Of a stretch of DNA of 64,000 nucleotides, positions 9,498 to 17,577 are shown piece after piece (position 1 is the stretch's first letter; every line of letters begins with the position of its first letter). Origin of the DNA: Chloroflexia bacterium (lineage in GTDB: Bacteria; Chloroflexota; Chloroflexia; QHBQ01; JADMIH01); contig JBBRDO010000006.1 of the NCBI GenBank assembly GCA_038203825.1, positions 3,760-67,759 of the forward strand, in the 5' to 3' direction. A model generated the notes under the pieces. That model did not search any database and had not been told where the DNA came from. It was given only the letters and a program-made list of their open reading frames with translations. The position numbers and the translations under genes were made by a program.

Positions 9498-11870
9498 TTA
9501 TACACTTTGCTTTGCGCCCGCTTCGACCTTTTCACGGTTCGTAGCGGCGGCCTCAGGCATGGTCGCGGCAACCTCCTGCGGCTCTTCGCTTTCCGTCTCG
9601 CCCAGCCCCAACTTCTTATAGAGGGCAACCAGTGGACGTGGCGCCCACCAGTTGTATTTCCCTAACAGTCGCATCGTTGCAGGCACCAGCAGCAATCGCA
9701 CTATGGTCGCGTCGACGAATATCGCCAGCGCAAGGCCGGTCCCTACAAGCTTGATGAGCAGCACCTGCCCGAGCGAGAAGGTCCCGATCACGACCACGAG
9801 CAAGACGGCAGCGCTTGTTATGATGCCGCCTGTGCGCTGGACACCCGTTGCCACTGCTTTTACGGTGTCCCCCGTCCGATCGTAGCTCTCCTTGATGCGA
9901 CTCAACAAAAATACCTCATAGTCCATTGAGAGGCCAAAAGCGATCGCGAAGATAAGCACCGGCATCGTGCCGTCAATGCTACCGGTGGGCGTGAAGCCCA
10001 GGATGTTGGACAGGTTGCCGTCTTGAAAGATCCAGACGATCGCCCCGAAGCTCGCGGATAGCGAAAGCACGTTCAGCACAACCGCTTTCAACGGCACAAT
10101 CAGGCTGCCGAGCATCAGAAACAACAGCACAAACATAACGATCACAATCAGGCCAAGGGCAAAAGGTATCCCCATCTCCAGGCTGGATAGAAAGTCGACT
10201 AACTGTGCCGACTGACCCCCCACCTGTGCATTCATCCCCTGTGGCGGTGCCAGTCCCCTTAAGCTTTTCACCAGCGCCTGCGCTTGAGCCCCCAGCGGTG
10301 CCCCGTCATAAAGCACATTAACCAGGCTGTACTCGCCATTCGAATAGTGCCCGGCAGCCTGCGCAGCCAGCCCCGCCATCGGGCTCGTGGCGTTGCCAAT
10401 CGACGAGTAGAATGCCTCGTAGCCCGCTTTGCCTGCTGCATCTAGCTGCGGATCCAGGGTTACAAGACTTTCTACCTTGGTGACCCCAGGCACAGTCTCT
10501 ATCCGGCGCGTGTAGTCGAATAACGCGTCCAAAGACGCCTTGTCGAGTGCAGGGCTTGTGCTGTGCACGACTAACTGAATTGGCTGGGTCTCGTTACTGG
10601 AGAAGTTGTTCATTAACGCGTCGCCCACCTGCCGCCCCTCGGAACCTAAGGGCAGCACACGGTGATCCGGCACCGAAATGTTAATGCTAAAGAAAGGCAA
10701 GCCCACGATCAGTAGCGGCACCACTCCGACTATGAGGATGAGAATCGGGTGCTGCATTACGAAATTGCTGACGTTGTACCAGAAGCCGGCATCGCCCAGG
10801 GTAGCCGGGTCGGTAGCAGCCCTCTTCGCGCCGCGCCTAAATATAGAACGCACCGACAGTGAGTTCACGCGGTGACCCATCACAGCCAGGATGGCCGGAA
10901 GGACAGTCACGGCCCCGATCATCGCTATCATGACCGCTGCCGCCCCGCCCCAGCCAAGGCTCTTCAGGAACATCTGGGGGAAGACCACCAGGCTCAAGAG
11001 ACTGATCATCACGGTCAGACCGCTGAATATGACCGTGCGGCCTGCCGTCTGCATGGTGCGAATAAGAGCTGCATGCACGTCTCCGTCTCGGCGCACCAGC
11101 TCTTCGCGGAAGCGACTCACGATAAAGAGACTGTAGTCAATCGCAAGCCCCAGTCCAAGCATCGTGACGATATTGATCGCGTACACTGACACGTCAGCGA
11201 AGTTCGTGGTGATCCGCAGTACAAGGAACGCGCCCAGAATGGCGAACCCTCCGATAAAGAGCGGCAGCGCAGCAGCCAGCAGGCTACCGAAGATGATTAC
11301 CAGCAACATGAAAACAATCGGGAACGACAATGTCTCCGCCTGAGCGAGGTCGTGCTGCACCAGGGCGTTGATCTCTTCACTTATGGGAGGATAACCGCCC
11401 AGTTGCACCTGCAGAGTGTCGCTAGTGAGCAGAGGACGCAGCCGAGCCATATTCTGTAGCTGCACGTCATCGTCGCCCTCCAGACCAACCGCTGCGTACG
11501 TGCTTGTGTGGTCTTTTGAGACGAAGACGGTCGCGCCTGTGCTGTAAAATGTGCTGATCTTGCCCACGTTTGGCTGCCCATTGAGCTTGCTGAGAGTGCT
11601 CTCGACCGCAGTCTTGTAACTTGCGCTCTCGACCGTTGAGCCATCCTTAGAGGTGAATAGCACGACCAGTATCCGGTCGTCAGCACCAAGCTGGCTCTTG
11701 AGGAGATCCTCTACACGGGTCGACTCGGCAGATGGGTTGTTATAGCCGCCTGCCTTCAACTGCCCGAAGACTCCTATGCCGAAAATGCCGCTCAGCGCCA
11801 TAAAGACCAGGCCTGCCGCCAGCACAATCCAACGGCCGCTGTATATGACCGAGCCCAACCTTTCAAACAT
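9498..11870 (-). CDS. MMPL-family (RND superfamily) membrane transporter
   Basis: 790 aa with two 6-TM bundles and two large extracytoplasmic loops. MMPL-like segments: LAIDYSLFIVSRFREE and GLSMDYEVFLLSRIKE. Confidence 0.9.
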   Translation of the reverse strand: MFERLGSVIYSGRWIVLAAGLVFMALSGIFGIGVFGQLKAGGYNNPSAESTRVEDLLKSQLGADDRILVVLFTSKDGSTVESASYKTAVESTLSKLNGQPNVGKISTFYSTGATVFVSKDHTSTYAAVGLEGDDDVQLQNMARLRPLLTSDTLQVQLGGYPPISEEINALVQHDLAQAETLSFPIVFMLLVIIFGSLLAAALPLFIGGFAILGAFLVLRITTNFADVSVYAINIVTMLGLGLAIDYSLFIVSRFREELVRRDGDVHAALIRTMQTAGRTVIFSGLTVMISLLSLVVFPQMFLKSLGWGGAAAVMIAMIGAVTVLPAILAVMGHRVNSLSVRSIFRRGAKRAATDPATLGDAGFWYNVSNFVMQHPILILIVGVVPLLIVGLPFFSINISVPDHRVLPLGSEGRQVGDALMNNFSSNETQPIQLVVHSTSPALDKASLDALFDYTRRIETVPGVTKVESLVTLDPQLDAAGKAGYEAFYSSIGNATSPMAGLAAQAAGHYSNGEYSLVNVLYDGAPLGAQAQALVKSLRGLAPPQGMNAQVGGQSAQLVDFLSSLEMGIPFALGLIVIVMFVLLFLMLGSLIVPLKAVVLNVLSLSASFGAIVWIFQDGNLSNILGFTPTGSIDGTMPVLIFAIAFGLSMDYEVFLLSRIKESYDRTGDTVKAVATGVQRTGGIITSAAVLLVVVIGTFSLGQVLLIKLVGTGLALAIFVDATIVRLLLVPATMRLLGKYNWWAPRPLVALYKKLGLGETESEEPQEVAATMPEAAATNREKVEAGAKQSV

Positions 11871-11922
11871 CCCATACTCCTTCGCGCACGGCGAAATTTG
11901 ATCGCCGCTTGTTACTCGTCAC

Positions 11923-12567
11923 TTATCCAATGTCAGCCAGCCCAGGCTTCACGAGCCAGCGATTGATTGCGTCCACGAGTGTGTCAATATAAAGCTCCTT
12001 GTGCTTCCCCTGTTCAGCACCAAAGCAGTGCAAGAGCGTACCATTCACCATGGCATAAAGAGCCACGGCTGCAGCCGTCGTGTCGACCGGGCGCAGCGAT
12101 CCGTGCGCAACGCCTTCGTCAAGGAAAGCCTTTAGCGCTGCATAGATAGGCGGGGGCGGCGCTGATGACCACTTGCCGATCATTTCTGCCTGCATGCCCA
12201 TGAGCTGCACCATGTTGTGGTGCCGCGCACAGATATCGAAGACACCCTCCATCATCGGGCGCACTCTCAAGTGGAAAGGAAGCTCCGCGAGCTCACTTCG
12301 CCACAGCGAGCGCAAGACTTCGGCCTCCCAGTCGCTCTTAACGGCAGACAGGAGGTCGTTCTTATTCTGGAAATAGAGGTAAACCGTGCCGACGGCCACC
12401 CCAGCGCGCTGCGCAACTTTGGCCATCGTTGTTGCCTCGTACCCATCCATAGTAAACATTACGCGCGCTGCCTTAACTATAGCTTGACGCTTCTTGGCAT
12501 CCGCGCCCGGCGCGGCCTCGTGATCCGCTACTTTGTGAGCATTTCTCAGGGTTTCGTTGGTACTCAT
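11923..12567 (-). CDS. TetR/AcrR-family transcriptional regulator
   Basis: N-terminal HTH: IVKAARVMFTMDGYEATTMAKVAQRAGVAVGTVYLYFQNKNDLL. Lies directly upstream of the MMPL gene. Confidence 0.92.
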   Translation of the reverse strand: MSTNETLRNAHKVADHEAAPGADAKKRQAIVKAARVMFTMDGYEATTMAKVAQRAGVAVGTVYLYFQNKNDLLSAVKSDWEAEVLRSLWRSELAELPFHLRVRPMMEGVFDICARHHNMVQLMGMQAEMIGKWSSAPPPPIYAALKAFLDEGVAHGSLRPVDTTAAAVALYAMVNGTLLHCFGAEQGKHKELYIDTLVDAINRWLVKPGLADIG

Positions 12568-12583
12568 ATTGGTCCTCGCGGGG

Positions 12584-12608
12584 CATATGAATGAACTTCA
12601 TTCATATG
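12584..12608. promoter_or_regulatory. Perfect 25-bp palindrome CATATGAATGAA-C-TTCATTCATATG, candidate TetR operator
   Basis: Every position pairs when checked by hand (12+1+12). It lies 17 bp upstream of the tetR ATG and overlaps the -10 element. Confidence 0.7.
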
Positions 12609-12634
12609 ATATCACTGCCTCTTTCTCGTGTCAA
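12606..12634 (-). promoter_or_regulatory. Sigma-70-type promoter of tetR-mmpL: TTGACA - 17 bp - TATCAT
   Basis: The minus strand reads TTGACA (12634-12629), a 17-nt spacer, then TATCAT (12611-12606). Confidence 0.65.
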
Positions 12635-12684
12635 GGTATCTGGAGGTCCTGTCTCGTAACGGGGGCGCTCCGACAATATCGTCG

Positions 12685-13458
12685 TTACTTCTCGCGGTAA
12701 TGGTAGGAATAGAGATGTGAGAAAGCCAGTGTGCTGTACAGAGTCATAGCGGGCGCATTCGTGGCAACTACCTGCAGATAGAGGTTGCGCGCGCCTTGAT
12801 CCTGGCTCCAGCCCGCGAGGGCGCTCATGACCTGTTTCGCAACGCCTTGCCGCCTGTACTTCTCGGCTGTGGCGACGCAGAAAATACCCGCCCAACCGCG
12901 CTCGGCAACTGACATGCCAACTCCCACGTCCTCCCGCCCATCATGCAGCAGCACGAAGCACGCCGGTGGGCCTATCGTGCCAAGTATTCGCTCATACGCT
13001 GGCCGCCTGTCGTCGGGGAATCTCTCAATACGCAGGAAAGCGTCGAGCCAGCGCGCCGTAATGCCGCTGTGTGCGTGGAGGCTAAATCGGGACGCTCCAC
13101 GTGCCCTCTCGCAGACGGTCGCTGTGGTGGCGGCCATAACCGAGCTTTCTGCATCAACGCGGTAGCCCTGCTCTTGCAAGAAGCTATCGAGCTCGGGAGG
13201 AGAGGCAGGGCTGATCTGAAAGCGTACGGGCAAGTGGCGCCGCCGGTAGAACAACTCTACGTCCTGGAGCCAGCCCGGGTAGCCAGGCCCGCGCCCGGTG
13301 GACAATACGCTATTGGCACGCCTGGTGACTCCGTCGGCCGCGCGCAACCGCCAGCCGTCAAGCCCCTGCTGCACAATGGCAGGCCAGGCATTGGCAGCCA
13401 GTTCGTCCAACAACCGGATTGTGTCGCTCATGTCCAAACCGGCCGTACTCCTGCCCAC
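12685..13458 (-). CDS. GNAT-family N-acetyltransferase
   Basis: Acetyl-CoA binding motif VATAEKYRRQGVAKQVMSAL in the C-terminal half. The start codon is uncertain (GTG 13458, or ATG 13431 = MSDTIRL). Confidence 0.8.
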   Translation of the reverse strand: MGRSTAGLDMSDTIRLLDELAANAWPAIVQQGLDGWRLRAADGVTRRANSVLSTGRGPGYPGWLQDVELFYRRRHLPVRFQISPASPPELDSFLQEQGYRVDAESSVMAATTATVCERARGASRFSLHAHSGITARWLDAFLRIERFPDDRRPAYERILGTIGPPACFVLLHDGREDVGVGMSVAERGWAGIFCVATAEKYRRQGVAKQVMSALAGWSQDQGARNLYLQVVATNAPAMTLYSTLAFSHLYSYHYREK

Positions 13459-13463
13459 CCCAC

Positions 13464-15335
13464 CTATTTGGGCGCGATCTGAGTGAAATAATCGCGCACC
13501 AGGTCTTTATAACCCTGTGGGATGTAGTCGCTGCTGAGCGCCTCCCCCGCCTGATCCTTGTACTGCCCGTACACGTCCTCATAAGGGGTCAGAGCCTGGC
13601 CTGTGATGTTGTTGTCTGCGTTTGTAGGGGCCGTGCTCTGCTCTCCATTCGGATTGTCCTGTCCCTGCACCGAGACGGGAGTTAACCTCGTCTGCACGCT
13701 ACTCGGAGGCACATACACCGGCTCCTCGTGTCCCTTGCCCCAACCACCGGCAGGCGGTCCGGCGTTCTGCCCTTGACCTTGCCCTTGTCCGTCACCCTGT
13801 CCCTGCCCCTGCCCTTGACTCTGGCCTTGCCCTTGCCCTTGTCCGTCACCCTGTCCCTGCCCTTGACTCTGGCCCGCACCGGGCGTACCTTGACCTTGTC
13901 CCTGACCTGCAACGGGGGTGCCCTGTTCGGGCGTGCCCTGGGCGAGCACGGGCGTACCCGTACCTGCTCCGGCGGGTGTGCCACTTATGGGACTACCAAG
14001 AGCCACCACAGTGCCGCTTGTCGCAACGGGACTGCCACTTCCCGCAACTGACGTGCCGCTCGCACCGGGAGTACCGTTCGCGCCCGCCGTAATCGCAGCT
14101 ACGACGGTGCCATTGGCCCTCGGCGTGGCCCGGTCAGCCCCCGCGATATTCTGCTTGCTCTGCTGAATCTGCGAAAGTGCCTGCTCGATCTGCCTCTGCG
14201 TTGCAAGGTTGTTAGCCGTGTCCTTCACCTTGTCCGCCAGATTTTGTAGCGCGTCTTTCGCCACCTGCGGATCGCCGCTATCGAGCGCATTTGCCGCATC
14301 GTTCAGCCTGCTCGCTAACTCCGGGTCCGAGGCAGCTACCTTGTCTCGTGCGTCGCGCAGCTCCTGAGCAAGGCCTTTACGCTCTTCGGGCGTCATCTTA
14401 TCGACCGACTCGGCGGCTTTGGCAATATCCTCTGCGGCCGTTTGTGGGTCGTTGTTGGCCAGTGCTTCGGATGCGGCCTTTAACGCGCGGTTCTCCGACG
14501 TCCCCAGTTGCTTCGCAAGCTGATCCAGCGCCTCGTGTTGGGCCGCCGCTTGCGGGTCGAGCGCCTGCTGCAATTCTGCCTGCGTTTGAGACAGGCGCGC
14601 AAGGGCTTCTTCGCTCGTCAGGTCGCCTTCTTTGAGATCCTGCGATAGCGCATCCAACTCTTGCAGCAGTTTCTGCAAGGCAGGGTCGTCCGCGTTGGGA
14701 GATTTCTCTATCGCCTGCTTTAGTACTTCTATGTTCTTCTGCTCAGCGGCCACCTGCGGGTCGGCCTTCTTTGCCGCTACCTGTGGTACCATACCCGGAA
14801 CGAACAAGACCGCCAGCAGCAGCAGCGCAAGCGCACCGGACGGCAGGAATGGCCTCCTATCCAGCACAATAGGTAGATCGCGAGCAGGCACCACACCCTC
14901 GAGCGAGTGCAATGCATCGTCCAGTTGAGCATCGCGTAATGCCACGAGCGACGCGGTGGGACTGAGAGGAGGCTTCGATGCGTCCTCAACCGCAGTCGAC
15001 AGGCGCTCGTCCAGGCCAAGCCGCAAATCGGCCTGCAGTGCTGTAGCAAGGGCATCTCGTGGCCGCAAGAATGAATAGCCAACCACGCAGACCCCAGAAG
15101 ATAGCAGAATCAGCGCGCCCGCAAGTCCCAGCCCCGGCAGGTCGGGCCAACCCGCCAACCTCATACTCACCCCAAGCCCGATCGTCAGAACCAGCCCGAA
15201 GCCAAACGCCCACGGGATCAGCCTTGTGGCCTCCTGCAAGCGAAAACGACGCTCCAATGCTGCCAGCAAGCTTCGCAGCCGTTGCAGGCGGGGGTCGATT
15301 ACGTTGCTATTGGGCCGGCGGGTTGGTGAGGTCAT
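13464..15335 (-). CDS. Membrane-anchored protein of unknown function: 2-3 N-terminal TM segments, long Ala/Gln/Leu-rich helical region, GQ/GD low-complexity tract, conserved-looking C-terminal tail
   Basis: 623-aa ORF. Its ATG overlaps the stop of the ABC-2 permease (ATGA at 15335-15332). The sequence ends ...YIPQGYKDLVRDYFTQIAPK. Confidence 0.8.
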   Translation of the reverse strand: MTSPTRRPNSNVIDPRLQRLRSLLAALERRFRLQEATRLIPWAFGFGLVLTIGLGVSMRLAGWPDLPGLGLAGALILLSSGVCVVGYSFLRPRDALATALQADLRLGLDERLSTAVEDASKPPLSPTASLVALRDAQLDDALHSLEGVVPARDLPIVLDRRPFLPSGALALLLLAVLFVPGMVPQVAAKKADPQVAAEQKNIEVLKQAIEKSPNADDPALQKLLQELDALSQDLKEGDLTSEEALARLSQTQAELQQALDPQAAAQHEALDQLAKQLGTSENRALKAASEALANNDPQTAAEDIAKAAESVDKMTPEERKGLAQELRDARDKVAASDPELASRLNDAANALDSGDPQVAKDALQNLADKVKDTANNLATQRQIEQALSQIQQSKQNIAGADRATPRANGTVVAAITAGANGTPGASGTSVAGSGSPVATSGTVVALGSPISGTPAGAGTGTPVLAQGTPEQGTPVAGQGQGQGTPGAGQSQGQGQGDGQGQGQGQSQGQGQGQGDGQGQGQGQNAGPPAGGWGKGHEEPVYVPPSSVQTRLTPVSVQGQDNPNGEQSTAPTNADNNITGQALTPYEDVYGQYKDQAGEALSSDYIPQGYKDLVRDYFTQIAPK

Positions 15336-16312
15336 TCCACACTAGATACGTTCCGGTCGGGCGGAAGGTTGCCGGCGGGCGACTCGGGGACCGCCTGATC
15401 ATACGCATAGGCCACGTTATTGTGCCTGTAATGTATTGGCTTGACGCGACGGATGCTGATTACAACGAGCAGAGCGCTCACCAACAGGGCCTCAATGCAG
15501 AAGATGAGCCACGGCGAGATCACAAACAGGGAATGCCCCTGCCAGATTTCGCTGCTCGTGTATATGAAGAGCGGCTGCCCCTGCAAGAAGAAAGCCTCGC
15601 TCAGGGACATCGCTATAAAGGGGTGAAAAGACAGCACGACGCCACTGATATACCAGAAGCTGGCGTGATCTTGAATGCTCGTGCCGCTCGCCGAGGAACC
15701 GCCGTTGAAGATCGTGACGAAAAGGAAATACAGGAACGGCATGACAAGCAACTGCAAAAGGATCGTGCCGTACGTGAGCACATTGCTGGCAACGCTGCTC
15801 TTCACTACCGTTGACCAGAAGATGCCTATGGAGGCAAACAGAACGGCTGCCATCAGCAGCACCACCTGCGACAATATCACCTCTTCAGGCGACACCCCGC
15901 CGAACATAAACGCGAGGCTTTGCAGCGGTGCGACCGCCAGTATCAGCAAGGCGACCCAGGCAAGCGCGGCGCCCAGCTTGCCGAAGATAACCGACCGCGC
16001 AGGGAGAAGGGTGGTCATTAGCAGGTCATATGTCTTCTGCTCGCGCTCGGAGGTAATCGAGCCCGCTGTGAAAGCCGGGGTAAGGAGCGCCACCATAACG
16101 GTCTGGAAGCCCACCAGCACACCAAAGATCGTCTTCCCGATTTGAGACGACTGCCCTCCATAGTAGTTGTTGGACGAATAGCTGCCGACTGCAAGGAACG
16201 TAAGCCAAGTCACGAGGCTGAGGATCAGCAGATAGATCACGAGGATGGCGACAGAGCGCCAACCGCGCATTCTGCCCCGCAGCTCTTTGACTATTACCGG
16301 ATTAGCTTGCAT
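15332..16312 (-). CDS. ABC-2-type transporter permease
   Basis: 326 aa with about 6-7 TM segments. The N-terminus MQANPVIVKELRGRMRGWRS is typical of ABC-2/GldF-like permeases. Lies downstream of the ABC ATPase. Confidence 0.8.
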   Translation of the reverse strand: MQANPVIVKELRGRMRGWRSVAILVIYLLILSLVTWLTFLAVGSYSSNNYYGGQSSQIGKTIFGVLVGFQTVMVALLTPAFTAGSITSEREQKTYDLLMTTLLPARSVIFGKLGAALAWVALLILAVAPLQSLAFMFGGVSPEEVILSQVVLLMAAVLFASIGIFWSTVVKSSVASNVLTYGTILLQLLVMPFLYFLFVTIFNGGSSASGTSIQDHASFWYISGVVLSFHPFIAMSLSEAFFLQGQPLFIYTSSEIWQGHSLFVISPWLIFCIEALLVSALLVVISIRRVKPIHYRHNNVAYAYDQAVPESPAGNLPPDRNVSSVE

Positions 16313-16326
16313 GGGTTCTCCTGAAG

Positions 16327-16383
16327 CGACGACGGACCACGGACGATAGACTACTAAGCAGCGTCGTCCGTGGCCCGTCGTCT
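16327..16383. repeat. Imperfect 20-bp inverted repeat (GACGACG/GACGGAC heptad family) between the ABC ATPase and permease genes
   Basis: cgacgacggaccacggacga (16327-16346) pairs with tcgtccgtggcccgtcgtct (16364-16383): 18 of 20 positions, 17-nt loop. Confidence 0.7.
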
Positions 16384-16390
16384 GTCGTCC

Positions 16391-17542
16391 TCATTGTACC
16401 AACCCCTTAGTCGTCCGCAAGAATATCTCTTCGAGATCATCGAGCGCCTCTTCATAACCATACACCGGTATCCCGGCAGCCACCAGCCGGGCCAGTATCG
16501 CGCCCAGCAGAAGATTGTCGCCGTCTACTCGTATGTAGATTGTTGCGGGTGCATCGTTGGCCGGCATCACAGAACCCGAAGCGAACGCGCCGGGCGGTGG
16601 AGGTATAGATAAGCCCCCACGGTCGTCCGTGACCGGAGGCGTGGGTACCGGCCCGCGCAACGGACTGGGCGCGATTGGCGCGCTCGGAGCTCCCGCCGCG
16701 GCAACCTTTGCCTCCGCCCCGGCCTCAGGTGCCACCACTTGCCCGTGCTTGAAGTTGGCGGGCAGAATCTGTGACGACAGCACAGTGGGGAAACCTCGCA
16801 CTATGTTGAGTGCATCGCCGGAGCGCGACAGGACGCGCACGTAAAGCTCGCGCGCAGGCTGCATGGCTTTGAGAATATCGGCCACGCTGCCGCTCACCAA
16901 CAGCTTGCCGCGCTCGATAATTGCAATGTGTGTGCACATCTCTGCCAACTCTGTGAGTATATGCGAGGAGACGAGGATCGTCTTGCCGAGGGAGCGAAGT
17001 TCCTTTAGCAGCTCCCGCAGCTCGATTCGGGCATGCGGGTCGAGTCCCGACGCCGGTTCGTCCAGGATGAGCAAATCGGGGTTGTGAACCAGAGTACGCG
17101 CCAGGCACAATCTCTGCTTCATGCCCCGAGACAACTCTTCCACGAAGCTGTCGTGTTTGGCCGACAGATCGACCAGCGATAACAGGTCGCCGATCATACC
17201 CTTGCGCTTGTCCATAGGCACATGATAGGCCGAAGCGAAGAAGTCGAGGTATTCCCACACCTTCATGTTGTCGTACACGCCGAAGAAGTCGGGCATATAA
17301 CCGATCCGCTTGCGCACCTCCATGGGCGCCTCGCTGACCGGGTAGTCCGCGACCCACGCCTGACCTTCCGTCTGCTCCAGCAGGGTGGCGAGGATGCGCA
17401 TTGTCGTGGTCTTGCCTGCGCCGTTCGGCCCGATAAAGCCGTGGATGGCACCACGCTCGATCGTCAGGTTCAGGTTCGAGAGCGCGGTAAATGTTCCATA
17501 GCGCTTGGTCAGGTTTTCAGTTACGACGACGGGGTTGGGCAT
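16391..17542 (-). CDS. ABC transporter ATP-binding protein (ABC-2/DrrA-like) with a Pro-rich insertion in the C-terminal domain
   Basis: Walker A GPNGAGKTT, signature LSRGMKQRLCLA, Walker B LLILDEP. I place the start at MPNPVVVTENLTKRYG (ATG 17542), because the longer ORF overlaps the upstream gene. Confidence 0.9.
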   Translation of the reverse strand: MPNPVVVTENLTKRYGTFTALSNLNLTIERGAIHGFIGPNGAGKTTTMRILATLLEQTEGQAWVADYPVSEAPMEVRKRIGYMPDFFGVYDNMKVWEYLDFFASAYHVPMDKRKGMIGDLLSLVDLSAKHDSFVEELSRGMKQRLCLARTLVHNPDLLILDEPASGLDPHARIELRELLKELRSLGKTILVSSHILTELAEMCTHIAIIERGKLLVSGSVADILKAMQPARELYVRVLSRSGDALNIVRGFPTVLSSQILPANFKHGQVVAPEAGAEAKVAAAGAPSAPIAPSPLRGPVPTPPVTDDRGGLSIPPPPGAFASGSVMPANDAPATIYIRVDGDNLLLGAILARLVAAGIPVYGYEEALDDLEEIFLRTTKGLVQ

Positions 17543-17577
17543 TATGCAGGTCCTTGCGTGTGAGCGCATCGTGTGTC

